A stretch of DNA of 64,000 nucleotides from Lachnospiraceae bacterium. Its GTDB lineage: Bacteria > Bacillota > Clostridia > Lachnospirales > Lachnospiraceae. A model generated the notes under the pieces. The model was given only the letters and a program-made list of their open reading frames with translations. It did no database searches and was not told the DNA's origin. A program made the translations under genes and the position numbers. Where the stretch lies: NCBI GenBank assembly GCA_024684215.1, contig JAIKXH010000161.1, forward strand, positions 7,789-71,788, in the 5' to 3' direction. This document shows, one piece after another, positions 34,818-43,691 of the stretch. Each line of letters begins with the position of its first letter. The stretch's first letter is position 1.

Positions 34818-37799
34818 TTATTTACTCATTATCCTTCGAACCGTTTCTACATTAGGTGCAACATAAGGTTCGATTACATTTCCATCCGAATCCGTAAAGC
34901 CGAACTCAATGAGTTTTCTTTCGGTCTCACGACTTACGGTTTTAACCACTTCATCGATTCTGGATCTGATGCTGTCTCCGTTTACAACAACATCGTTATA
35001 TGCGTTTGAAAGTTCACGCTCCATCATGTAGCTTCCGGGAAGTCTGGGTGCCTCTAAGATATATGAGGACTGCTCCATGATGATGTTCTTATCCGATGTG
35101 GGATAAGGAAGCATTCCGAATGCTTCAATATTTGCGGTAGGCCAGATATACTCATCTCCGTAGAGGATCTGAAGTCTCTGTCCGAATTCAGCCTGCACCT
35201 CAGCTCTTGACCACCACTCGAGGAAGTCCCATGCTTTTTGTTCTCTTTCGGGTGTGGAATTAAACATCACCGAGCTTTCGGCACCGCCTGCCATGTATCT
35301 GTATATTTCTCCGGTCTCAGGGTCTTCAACTCCGGGTACCAACGTTATCGCCCATGAGTTTGCAATCTCGGGAGCCGCATTGAGAATGAGGTTGTAAGAG
35401 TTGAAGTCTGCAATTCCTATCGGCAAATCTCCGTTTCTGAAGTGCTGATAGAAGTTAGGTACATCAACAGGCAAATCATATAAGGTAAATAACTCTGTGA
35501 GCTGTGTAAAGCCTTCTACGGTTTCCTCACTGTCAACATTTATATCCATTGCAGTCTCGCCGTAAAGGCTTCCGCCGTTCTGGAAAATAAGAGGTGTGGT
35601 TCCGTGGAAGTTTCTCATTGCCGACATAGGTGCTGTCGGATAATACACGTTTAAGCCTCTCATCTGTAAGTCGGGGAGCATTGCGATGAGCTCATCCATT
35701 GTAGTGGGAGGCTCAAGTCCCAACTTGTTTAAAATATCTGTACGATAGAACATTACGTAGAAGTTCATGGTTTCGGGAAGTGAGTAGAATCCTTCTCCGA
35801 CTACGGAAGGAACCAAAAGACCATCCGAATACCTTCCGAATACTTCTTTGTAATTATCAAACTGAGTCATATCAACGAGAGCACCACGAATTGCAAGGTC
35901 ATAAGGAATTGAGTAGTTTATTCCTGTTGCAATATCGGGAGTGTCTCCTGATGCATTTGAAAGGATAAGTTTCTGTGCATCAGTCATGAGGCAAAGGTCT
36001 ACTTCAATTCCGGTTTCGGGAGTGAAGTCCTCATCGATCATCTTCTGCATGATCTCTACATATGTTCTCGGTCTGTTAACCCAAACCTGAATATGTTCCT
36101 CATTTGCATTGCTTGACGAATATGACTGTCCAAAGAATGAATTAAAGAATCTTGCTATGGACATTCCTGCGGCCTTAAACACATTTAATCCCCTGGGAAG
36201 TTTTGCGCCTTCCTGATAGATATAAATTCTGTCTATCGCGATGTCGTTATCGTTTATCAGGTCTACGAAGTTTGCTATCTGTGTGTTTACCGAGTTTGTA
36301 CTTGTTGAGAGTTCTCCTACTCTGTATACAAGCTCGTTGGGGTCTTCCGCCAGATCCTCAAGCTGTCTTGCTGCTATAAGTAAGTATGAGAAAGCAGCTA
36401 CTTTATCCGCGTCGTCGGTGTCTACATACTCTGTAGCCTTTTCAGCAAGTGCATATAACTCTTCGGTCCAGCCTTCAAGTCTTTCCTTTATGTCGGGAAT
36501 ATATCTTACGAGTCTTAAATCTCTGTATTTATCTGTGTTTGTTCCGGCAACCTTTGTAACTTCAAGTGAAAGGTCGCTTACACCGCTCATGATTTCATCT
36601 ACTTTTTCAAGAGCATAGCGTAAATTCTCTGCGCTGATAGTAAGTGAAACAGTGTGGGTACCGGGCTCTAAATATACGCTTAATTTATCGCCGTTCTCAT
36701 CCTCTAAAGTTCTGGTTTTAAAATTATTGTTTGCCTGCATTGGATAAGAATAAAATGCAGTGTTCGGGATTTCTCCGTCTACTTTCCAATCTATAAATAC
36801 CGGGAAGTCATTTTTCTCTGACTGGCGGTAGTTCATTCCTATGTAATAAAAACCTGCTTTTTCTACGTCAAACTGATATGTGACTGTCTGGCCGGCTTCA
36901 TTAAACGAATCCTCATCAGTGATATTAAGCACTGTCACCTTCGTGTTTAAAGGATTGATCTTTGATGAATATTCTCCGGTGGCATGAATTGAAGAGTCAT
37001 TTCTATAGTAGAAATCCTCCGCTTCAATTGTGATCAGTTCGCTTCCTTCTGCTTTTTCGGAGCCGGTATAATCAGCAATCTTTTTAGGTGCTTCAAGAGT
37101 AATATTTCCTATAAGCACCGTTCCTTCCTGAACAACAAACTCAAGCTCATGGGCACCCGCCTCAAGCTCTATGCCAAGGGGCTGTGAATAACGATAGCTG
37201 GAATCCATCGCATTCTTGTACTCCCATCTGATAAGATTATCGGGAAGTGCTACTATCTCATTTCCGTAGCGGTCTGTGTCAAGATTTTTTGAAATCCACG
37301 TGGTCTCAAAAACCATGCTTCGCGCTTCGTAAAAAGGATATTCGCCATCAATCATTATTCCAATCTCAACGGGAAGGATTGATGCATCATACGAAAGATA
37401 GTCAAGTCCCATCCAATATACAGCTGTCTCCGGGATATCAATCGTGACCTTGAAAGTATCTCCCGCTTTAACGGATGCAACCTTTGTTGAACCTTCATAA
37501 TCATAAGTATCATCTGTCAAAACGGAATCATCCGTTACGCAGTCAGCTATCACATAGCTTATCTGATCCTTTGAGTATTCCGGCGCTGTGTATCCGGCGC
37601 TGACACAAGTATAATTGGAGGTAAGTCTGTCTCCGATAGCATCTGTATCGAGAGATATAGCGAGGTTGTCGTTTACCTCTGCAGTTTCCTCGCCGACAGT
37701 ATCGGCAAAAGATGCCGAGCTGTTTGCCGAAACGCTTCCAATTACCATTGCTGTTGATATTAAGATTGATACTGATTTTTTAATCCTGTTGCGAAACAT
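34818..37799 (-). CDS. giant secreted solute-binding protein: two CBM-like beta-sandwich domains + helical linker + family-1 SBP domain, no lipobox
   Basis: 993-aa ORF with a Sec signal (..[12 protein letters not shown]) but no Cys until about residue 65. It has CBM6/35-like segments ([27 protein letters not shown]). The C-terminal ~450 aa is SBP-like (PDIATG..; WAITLVPG). Confidence 0.75.
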   Translation of the reverse strand: MFRNRIKKSVSILISTAMVIGSVSANSSASFADTVGEETAEVNDNLAISLDTDAIGDRLTSNYTCVSAGYTAPEYSKDQISYVIADCVTDDSVLTDDTYDYEGSTKVASVKAGDTFKVTIDIPETAVYWMGLDYLSYDASILPVEIGIMIDGEYPFYEARSMVFETTWISKNLDTDRYGNEIVALPDNLIRWEYKNAMDSSYRYSQPLGIELEAGAHELEFVVQEGTVLIGNITLEAPKKIADYTGSEKAEGSELITIEAEDFYYRNDSSIHATGEYSSKINPLNTKVTVLNITDEDSFNEAGQTVTYQFDVEKAGFYYIGMNYRQSEKNDFPVFIDWKVDGEIPNTAFYSYPMQANNNFKTRTLEDENGDKLSVYLEPGTHTVSLTISAENLRYALEKVDEIMSGVSDLSLEVTKVAGTNTDKYRDLRLVRYIPDIKERLEGWTEELYALAEKATEYVDTDDADKVAAFSYLLIAARQLEDLAEDPNELVYRVGELSTSTNSVNTQIANFVDLINDNDIAIDRIYIYQEGAKLPRGLNVFKAAGMSIARFFNSFFGQSYSSSNANEEHIQVWVNRPRTYVEIMQKMIDEDFTPETGIEVDLCLMTDAQKLILSNASGDTPDIATGINYSIPYDLAIRGALVDMTQFDNYKEVFGRYSDGLLVPSVVGEGFYSLPETMNFYVMFYRTDILNKLGLEPPTTMDELIAMLPDLQMRGLNVYYPTAPMSAMRNFHGTTPLIFQNGGSLYGETAMDINVDSEETVEGFTQLTELFTLYDLPVDVPNFYQHFRNGDLPIGIADFNSYNLILNAAPEIANSWAITLVPGVEDPETGEIYRYMAGGAESSVMFNSTPEREQKAWDFLEWWSRAEVQAEFGQRLQILYGDEYIWPTANIEAFGMLPYPTSDKNIIMEQSSYILEAPRLPGSYMMERELSNAYNDVVVNGDSIRSRIDEVVKTVSRETERKLIEFGFTDSDGNVIEPYVAPNVETVRRIMSK

Positions 37800-37820
37800 A
37801 AGTGGATCTCCCTTACGTTT

Positions 37821-37852
37821 CGGGCTCAGCTCATCACTGAGCCCGCTTTTTA
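37821..37852 (+). terminator. stem-loop whose U-tract is on the plus (antisense) strand, between two minus-strand genes
   Basis: Perfect 9-bp stem cgggctcag / ctgagcccg with a 7-nt loop, followed by ctttttaatttgctttttt on the plus strand. On the minus strand the hairpin is followed by aaacgtaagg, with no U-tract. Confidence 0.5.
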
Positions 37853-37862
37853 ATTTGCTTTT

Positions 37863-39365
37863 TTATACGGTTACTTCGAGATGAAGAACGCTGCTTGCAG
37901 GAATCTTGAACTTAATCTTTCCATCCTTGAAGCTTACGTCTTCGAATTTGTTTACCTTAACGGTATTGGGCTTTGCAAAAGTATTGTGAGAATGGATCTC
38001 ACCGCCTACTATCTCGCCCTTAACGCTCTTTATCTTTGTGTCTGCAATCTCACCATCGATTGAATATGCCTTCTTAATAGAAAGATTGGTAACGGTGATG
38101 TGAATCTTTCCGTCCTTTCCGATTGAAACAGATTCGGTAAGGTTGGGAACCATGTTCTGGTCCTCAAGTCCGATTTCCTCGGTTTCAATGAAGCTATCGA
38201 TAAGTTCTGCATCCTGATGGTGTTTGTACATATTGAATACATGATAGGTAGGAGTCTTAATCATCTTATCTCCGTCTGTCAGTATCACTGCCTGAAGTAC
38301 GTTAACCATCTGAGCGATATTTGCCATTCTGACTCTGTCGCAATGCTTATTGAAGATATTAAGGTTAATACCTGCAACAAGTGCATCGCGGATTGTGTTC
38401 TGCTGATAGAGGAATCCGGGGTTGGTGCCGGGCTCGCAATCGAACCAGGTTCCCCACTCATCTACGATAAGTCCGACTTTACCCTGCTTATCATACTTGT
38501 CAAGGATTGCTGCGTGATGATTGATGAGGTCTTCCATGTAAAGAGTTTTCTTTAATGTCTGATACCACATCTTGTCATCAAACTCGGTGGCACTTCCCTT
38601 GTTCTCCCATCCGCCCGGATGAGTATAATAATGAAGGCTTATACCGTCCATAAATCCGTGGAGGAATTCGGGTGCTGCAAAGCAGGTCTTAAGCACTCCT
38701 TCCATCCAGTTGTAATCATCTACGTTAGGTCCGCAGGCGATTTTGAAAATAGGAGCATCGGGCTTATAGTTTCTAACATAAGTCTGATATCTGCGGTAAA
38801 GGTTTCCGTAGTATTCGGGGGTCATGTTACCGCCGCATCCCCAGTTCTCATTTCCGACTCCAAAGAAATCTACTTTCCAGGAATCTTTGCTTCCGTTCTT
38901 TTTTCTAAGGTCTGCCATGGGTGATACGCCTTCAAAGGTCATATACTCAACCCATTCGCTCATCTCCTGAACAGTTCCGCTTCCTACATTACCGTTAACG
39001 TAGGTTTTGCATCCAAGCTGCTTAGCCAGCTCCATGAATTCGTGTGTACCGAAGCTGTTGTCCTCTACGACTCCGCCCCAGTGAGTGTTTATCATCTTTT
39101 TACGATTCTTCTTTGGGCCGATACCGTCTTTCCAATGATATTCATCTGCGAAGCATCCGCCGGGCCAGCGAAGTACCGGTATCTTAATTTCTTTAAGTGC
39201 CTTAACGACATCTTTTCTCATTCCGTTCACATTAGGAATCTTTGAATCCTCGCCAACATATATACCTTCGTAAATACATCTTCCGAGATGTTCTGAAAAG
39301 TGTCCCTGGATTTCAGGATTGATATGTCCTTTCTTGTTTTTAGGATTAATGTAGAATTTAGTCAT
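37863..39365 (-). CDS. abfA: GH51 alpha-L-arabinofuranosidase (intracellular)
   Basis: 500-aa ORF with acid/base context [12 protein letters not shown] and nucleophile context [10 protein letters not shown]. There is no signal peptide. Confidence 0.9.
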   Translation of the reverse strand: MTKFYINPKNKKGHINPEIQGHFSEHLGRCIYEGIYVGEDSKIPNVNGMRKDVVKALKEIKIPVLRWPGGCFADEYHWKDGIGPKKNRKKMINTHWGGVVEDNSFGTHEFMELAKQLGCKTYVNGNVGSGTVQEMSEWVEYMTFEGVSPMADLRKKNGSKDSWKVDFFGVGNENWGCGGNMTPEYYGNLYRRYQTYVRNYKPDAPIFKIACGPNVDDYNWMEGVLKTCFAAPEFLHGFMDGISLHYYTHPGGWENKGSATEFDDKMWYQTLKKTLYMEDLINHHAAILDKYDKQGKVGLIVDEWGTWFDCEPGTNPGFLYQQNTIRDALVAGINLNIFNKHCDRVRMANIAQMVNVLQAVILTDGDKMIKTPTYHVFNMYKHHQDAELIDSFIETEEIGLEDQNMVPNLTESVSIGKDGKIHITVTNLSIKKAYSIDGEIADTKIKSVKGEIVGGEIHSHNTFAKPNTVKVNKFEDVSFKDGKIKFKIPASSVLHLEVTV

Positions 39366-39438
39366 CCTCTTCCTCTTTCCCCTTTCGGTTTCTTTTGTAA
39401 TCTCTTCTTCATTTTCCTTATTGATTTATTAAAAAATA

Positions 39439-39453
39439 AGTGAATAGTTCACT
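39439..39453. promoter_or_regulatory. palindrome AGTGAA-N3-TTCACT (candidate operator)
   Basis: Perfect 6-bp arms (agtgaa tag ttcact), about 75 nt upstream of the abfA start in the divergent control region. Confidence 0.5.
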
Positions 39454-39538
39454 ATTTTGTTTAACTTTTAACAAAAAGTAGATTATAATTCATTTTTTGA
39501 TTGATTTTTTATACTTTTGTGTGGACTATTTTGCTTGT

Positions 39539-39558
39539 ATTTCACTTTCGAGTGAAAT
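39539..39558. promoter_or_regulatory. palindrome ATTTCACT-N4-AGTGAAAT (candidate operator)
   Basis: Perfect 8-bp arms (atttcact ttcg agtgaaat). It shares the AGTGAA half-site with the 39439 palindrome and with a lone AGTGAAAT at 39631-39638. Confidence 0.5.
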
Positions 39559-39687
39559 GGTTTCTTTTTTGATGAAACTTATCTATACTTTACTAACTTT
39601 CTTAATTCTTCGCAACTCCTTAATCGTTTAAGTGAAATAGAAAATAATTATCAATATTTGTGCATTTTGACCAATACTAATTCTGTA

Positions 39688-39716
39688 TTGACATCTAATT
39701 TTACGCATTATATAAT
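39688..39716 (+). promoter_or_regulatory. consensus sigma-A promoter for the ArsR-family regulator (TTGACA-17-TATAAT)
   Basis: TTGACA at 39688-39693, an exact 17-nt spacer and TATAAT at 39711-39716. Confidence 0.65.
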
Positions 39717-39744
39717 GCTAATTAAGCGCATAGTTTAACATTTA

Positions 39745-40743
39745 ATGTTTCGCTTAAGTATTGAATTATGTGTTTGTATAGCATATTTAACTAAAGAGTA
39801 TAAGAAAAGGGGAAAAGGCGTGCTTTACTTTAATTCATTAAGCGAAGCAGAAGAAGTCTTTAAGGCATTGAGCGCTCCCATGCGTCTTCGCATTATGGAA
39901 CTTATCAGCGAAAACGACAATATGAGTATGAATGACCTTGCCGAGACTTTGGAGCTTACAAACAGTGCGATCTCTATGCATGTTAGCAAGCTTGAGAGCG
40001 CCGGGCTGGTTGCAATTCAAACCACCTCCGGAAAGCGCGGCATCATGAAGGTTGTAAGGCCCAGGCATGAACGTCTTATAGTAGACATGAACAGTGCCGG
40101 TGGCAAATCAGCAAGAAATTGCTACAGCGATGATATTTCAATCGGTCATTACACAAATGTTGAGGTTCATCCCACCTGCGGATTATCTACCTCCGGCAAT
40201 CTTATAGGAGACCTGGACAATCCTAAGGTTTTCTCTTATCCCGAAAGATTCAAAGCCGATATTTTATGGATCGGACACGGATTCGTTACTTATAACTTTC
40301 CTAACCGTTTAAAACCCGGTCAGCGGCTTACTGAAATACAGGTCTCTTTTGAAATCTGTTCCGAATGCCCTGAATTCAATGATGATTATCCCAGCGATAT
40401 CTATTTTGACATAAATTCACACCCCCTTGGAAAATGGATAAGCCCCGGCGATTTTGGAAACAGAAGGGGAATGCTGGTTCCCAACTGGTGGCCCGATATG
40501 CTTAATCAGTATGGGTTGTTAAAAACCCTCATTATAAATAATGCCGGCACTTTTATGGATGGAACCCATAAGCTTTCCTCCACAACGATTGCCGACCTTG
40601 GTATTGATTACAACAGTAATATAGACTTCACTTTCTCCGTACCCGAGGACACCGCAAACTGCGGCGGCCTTACATTATTCGGAGAGACATTCGGAGATTA
40701 CAGCCAAAACATCCAGGTAAAGCTTTATTACGAAGAAGCATAA
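39745..40743 (+). CDS. ArsR-family winged-helix regulator with ~230-aa C-terminal domain of unknown function
   Basis: The ORF has the HTH LSAPMRLRIMELISENDNMSMNDLAETLELTNSAISMHVSKLESAGLV. The likely real start is GTG 39820, preceded by AAAAGGGGAAAAGG, because the first 25 codons are hydrophobic junk-like. Confidence 0.75.
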   Translation: MFRLSIELCVCIAYLTKEYKKRGKGVLYFNSLSEAEEVFKALSAPMRLRIMELISENDNMSMNDLAETLELTNSAISMHVSKLESAGLVAIQTTSGKRGIMKVVRPRHERLIVDMNSAGGKSARNCYSDDISIGHYTNVEVHPTCGLSTSGNLIGDLDNPKVFSYPERFKADILWIGHGFVTYNFPNRLKPGQRLTEIQVSFEICSECPEFNDDYPSDIYFDINSHPLGKWISPGDFGNRRGMLVPNWWPDMLNQYGLLKTLIINNAGTFMDGTHKLSSTTIADLGIDYNSNIDFTFSVPEDTANCGGLTLFGETFGDYSQNIQVKLYYEEA

Positions 40744-40820
40744 CAGTAATGTTCAATCTATATAATATATGGGACTCAGATAATTCTTTCTCTCTCCTTT
40801 ATACATTTTATATGTAAAGA

Positions 40821-40856
40821 AAAGGCATGACCTATTGGTCATGCCTTTCCTTTTTA
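40821..40856. terminator. bidirectional intrinsic terminator between regulator and MCP genes
   Basis: Perfect 12-bp stem aaaggcatgacc / ggtcatgccttt with a 4-nt loop, followed by cctttttat on the plus strand and T-rich sequence on the minus strand. Confidence 0.7.
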
Positions 40857-40909
40857 TATATACACTTCTCTAATTGTTATATAAGGTAACAATACCTAAC
40901 CCACTTTAA

Positions 40910-42625
40910 TTAAAGCACAAACTTACTAACCTCTTCTGTAAGTTCCTTGCTAAGCTGTCCAAGAACCCCTGTTTCTTCCTGGCAAGCCTGTACCGCTCCG
41001 GAGAGAGTCTGCATAGAAGCACTTGTCTCTTCGGTAGATGCCGCATTCTCTTCCGAAATCGCTGCAAGTTGCTCTACCACACCGCTGATGATATTCTTCT
41101 GTTTCTCAAGATCTGTCATCTGAACAGTAATATCACTGGATGCATTTGAAACTTCCTCAACACACTGACGAAGTGAATCGAAGGAATCGATAGTAGTCTG
41201 AAGCTCTTCCATCTGACGATTGGAATCTGCGGTAACCTCCTGCATCTTTCCAACACTCTTGTTAGAATTCTCAATAAGCTCTTCAACGATATTATTGATT
41301 TCATTTGCACTGGCTGCAGAATCATCAGCAAGCTTTCTGATTTCTTCAGCAACGACTGCGAATCCGCGTCCTGCCTCTCCTGCTCTTGCTGCCTCGATTG
41401 AAGCATTGAGTGAAAGCAGGTTGGTCTGGCTCGCAATATCCTGTATAAGGGTAACAGCTTCCTGAATCTTGGTCGCTGACGCATTTGTATTGTTTGTCTG
41501 CTCTGATACGATTGCAATATTTTCTGAAGTCTGCTCATTGATGGACTTAAGTCCGTTAAGAGTAGAGCTTGCCTTATTGGAGAGATCGGTCATCTGCTTA
41601 ACCGTATTTTCAAGCATCTCTACATTGTGAACATTCTGCTCGATAACGGTACCGATGTTTCCAACCTGTTCTCCGGCTGCTGTGGTCTCCTGAGCTTGAG
41701 AGGTACTTCCCTCCGCAATCTCTTCTACTGCAATATTTACATTTGATACGTTCTCTGAAATCTCCTGGAACTTCTCGATGAAATCATTATTTGCGTTTGC
41801 AAGTTCATCACTGTTCCCAGAGATACGTCCAACAATGTCAACAAGTTCATGTCTGAGGTTGCTGACCGCTCTGGCGATAACACCCATCTCATCCTTACGC
41901 TTCTTGATACCGGTAGTTCCCTCATTTCTGGTAAGGTTAAGCTGTGCAAGCTTATCGATAACTCCGGTGAGAATTGTAAGGGGCTTAATAAGGAATGTAA
42001 TGAATACAATGCTGATAGCCATAACTATGACAAATACCACACCTACTACAATAAATGTCATTGTGGTAATTCTCTTCGACTCTGCCATAACCTCATCCTT
42101 ATCAGCAGTTACAATAAGAATATAACTGTTGTTGGGTCCAACATGGTATGAAGCCATTTTGTAAGCGCCCTTAAATAAATATTCAATTGAATCGCACTGT
42201 CCGGATAAATCCTTGCCGGCCTGGATATCACTTACCAGTCCTTTAACCATTACGTTCTCTACAGGATTTCCGACTTTGTCGGCCGTAGGATGGTAAAGCA
42301 TTGTTCCGTCTGCACTAACCATGTATGCATAGCTGGTACTGAAGTTGGAAATCTTTACTCCGGAAAGAAGTCCGTTAAGCAAATCATAATCAGCTAATGA
42401 CTCCGCTCCCCTTGCCTGGTAAACATCATCCATAAGGGTACCGTAAGCCACTGACATATCAAGCAAATACTCTGAGTTTACTTCCTGGATATCCTTTTTA
42501 AATGTCGGAAGCATCATAGCTACAATAACACTTGATGTGAAGATAGCGCTTATAGCAACCATGATAATTATTTTAAATTTCATCGATGCAAAGAATCCGA
42601 CTTTGTTGTTAACATTGTTTTCCAT
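40910..42625 (-). CDS. methyl-accepting chemotaxis protein (Cache-like sensor, HAMP, MA domain)
   Basis: 571-aa ORF with an N-terminal TM, a periplasmic Cache-like region, a second TM and the conserved signalling hairpin [34 protein letters not shown]. Confidence 0.9.
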   Translation of the reverse strand: MENNVNNKVGFFASMKFKIIIMVAISAIFTSSVIVAMMLPTFKKDIQEVNSEYLLDMSVAYGTLMDDVYQARGAESLADYDLLNGLLSGVKISNFSTSYAYMVSADGTMLYHPTADKVGNPVENVMVKGLVSDIQAGKDLSGQCDSIEYLFKGAYKMASYHVGPNNSYILIVTADKDEVMAESKRITTMTFIVVGVVFVIVMAISIVFITFLIKPLTILTGVIDKLAQLNLTRNEGTTGIKKRKDEMGVIARAVSNLRHELVDIVGRISGNSDELANANNDFIEKFQEISENVSNVNIAVEEIAEGSTSQAQETTAAGEQVGNIGTVIEQNVHNVEMLENTVKQMTDLSNKASSTLNGLKSINEQTSENIAIVSEQTNNTNASATKIQEAVTLIQDIASQTNLLSLNASIEAARAGEAGRGFAVVAEEIRKLADDSAASANEINNIVEELIENSNKSVGKMQEVTADSNRQMEELQTTIDSFDSLRQCVEEVSNASSDITVQMTDLEKQKNIISGVVEQLAAISEENAASTEETSASMQTLSGAVQACQEETGVLGQLSKELTEEVSKFVL

Positions 42626-42851
42626 AAATTCACACTCCTGTTAATAAATTTCTGAAATGTAATTCGTCGAAAAAACTAACGATGCAGTACTCACATTTAC
42701 AGATTAAACAATATAGATATTTTAGCATAATTTTATTGTTTTGGACTAATAATTCCCCCTTGTTTGGTGTATAATAATTATTGTAATTTTTGTTAAAAAT
42801 AACGAAAATTAGGAAAAATATATGCAATTTATTATTAAGGAGGACTAATAC

Positions 42852-43373
42852 ATGTCACAAAATCCCGTTGTCACCTTCACTATGAAGAACGGCGATACAT
42901 TTAAAGCAGAGCTTTATCCCGAAATCGCCCCCAATACCGTTAACAATTTTCTCAGTTTGGTAAATAAGGGCTTTTATAACGGTCTCATTTTTCACAGAGT
43001 TATCAGAGGATTTATGATCCAGGGCGGAGATCCCGAGGGGACCGGAGCGGGTGGCCCCGGATATTCAATAAAAGGTGAATTCAAAATTAACGGATTCGAA
43101 AATGATTTAAAACATTCCGAGGGTGTTCTTTCAATGGCACGCACCATGTTCCCCGATTCCGCAGGAAGCCAGTTTTTTGTTATGCACAAGAACTCTCCTC
43201 ATCTTGACGGACAGTACGCAGCTTTTGGAAAAGTTATAGAGGGAATGGATGTTGTAAACGCTATAGCTGAGACTCCCACAGACTTTTCAGACAGACCTTT
43301 AGAGGATCAGATTATGGAAACCGTTACCGCAGAAACATTTGGAGTAACCTATCCTGAACCCGAAAAATGTTAA
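42852..43373 (+). CDS. cyclophilin-type peptidyl-prolyl cis-trans isomerase
   Basis: 173-aa ORF with [15 protein letters not shown] and SAGSQFFV. A strong RBS (AAGGAGGA) lies upstream. Confidence 0.9.
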   Translation: MSQNPVVTFTMKNGDTFKAELYPEIAPNTVNNFLSLVNKGFYNGLIFHRVIRGFMIQGGDPEGTGAGGPGYSIKGEFKINGFENDLKHSEGVLSMARTMFPDSAGSQFFVMHKNSPHLDGQYAAFGKVIEGMDVVNAIAETPTDFSDRPLEDQIMETVTAETFGVTYPEPEKC

Positions 43374-43399
43374 CTCAACATTTTGTGGTTATATAACAA

Positions 43400-43447
43400 C
43401 GCCCCTCAAAATCTTGTAAAATCAAGCTTTTGAGGGGCGCTTTGTTC
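43400..43447 (+). terminator. intrinsic terminator of the cyclophilin gene
   Basis: 12-bp stem cgcccctcaaaa / ttttgaggggcg, extended by an inner cttg/caag pairing, then ctttgttc. Confidence 0.75.
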
Positions 43448-43641
43448 ATAATTCATTCATAATTGTTTTAAATTATGTTTACCTAAAAATCATTTTTTCG
43501 AAACTATTGACATTTATACTGTATTTAACAAGTGAGAAACATTTAGACGCTTAAGACAAGTTTAACACTTTTTCATAATATATGCCGGGAAACAAACGTT
43601 TCCCGGCATCCTCCCTTTTATGAGATAAATAATCACCGATT

Positions 43642-43680
43642 AAAAAAAATCCGACCGTATCAACACGGTCGGATTTTTTG
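43642..43680 (-). terminator. intrinsic (bidirectional) terminator of fba
   Basis: 10-bp stem atccgaccgt / acggtcggat with a 6-nt loop, flanked by A8 and T6 runs, 12 nt after the fba stop. Confidence 0.8.
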
Positions 43681-43691
43681 ATTGAATTTGA

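Noticed and set aside
39676-39684. A fourth copy of the ACTAATTCT core of the 26-bp araA-proximal repeats, next to the regulator promoter, as evidence for a shared operator
   Set aside because: A single 9-mer match in 128 kb of two-strand, AT-rich sequence is expected by chance at roughly 0.5 or more occurrences. The flanking repeat sequence (CTTATAAATGTG) is not present. I therefore do not treat it as support.
42630-42827. 65-aa ORF in the MCP/cyclophilin intergenic region
   Set aside because: It is extremely AT-rich with an Asn/Ile/Phe/Tyr/Lys-dominated translation and no RBS. The region is better explained as divergent promoters.
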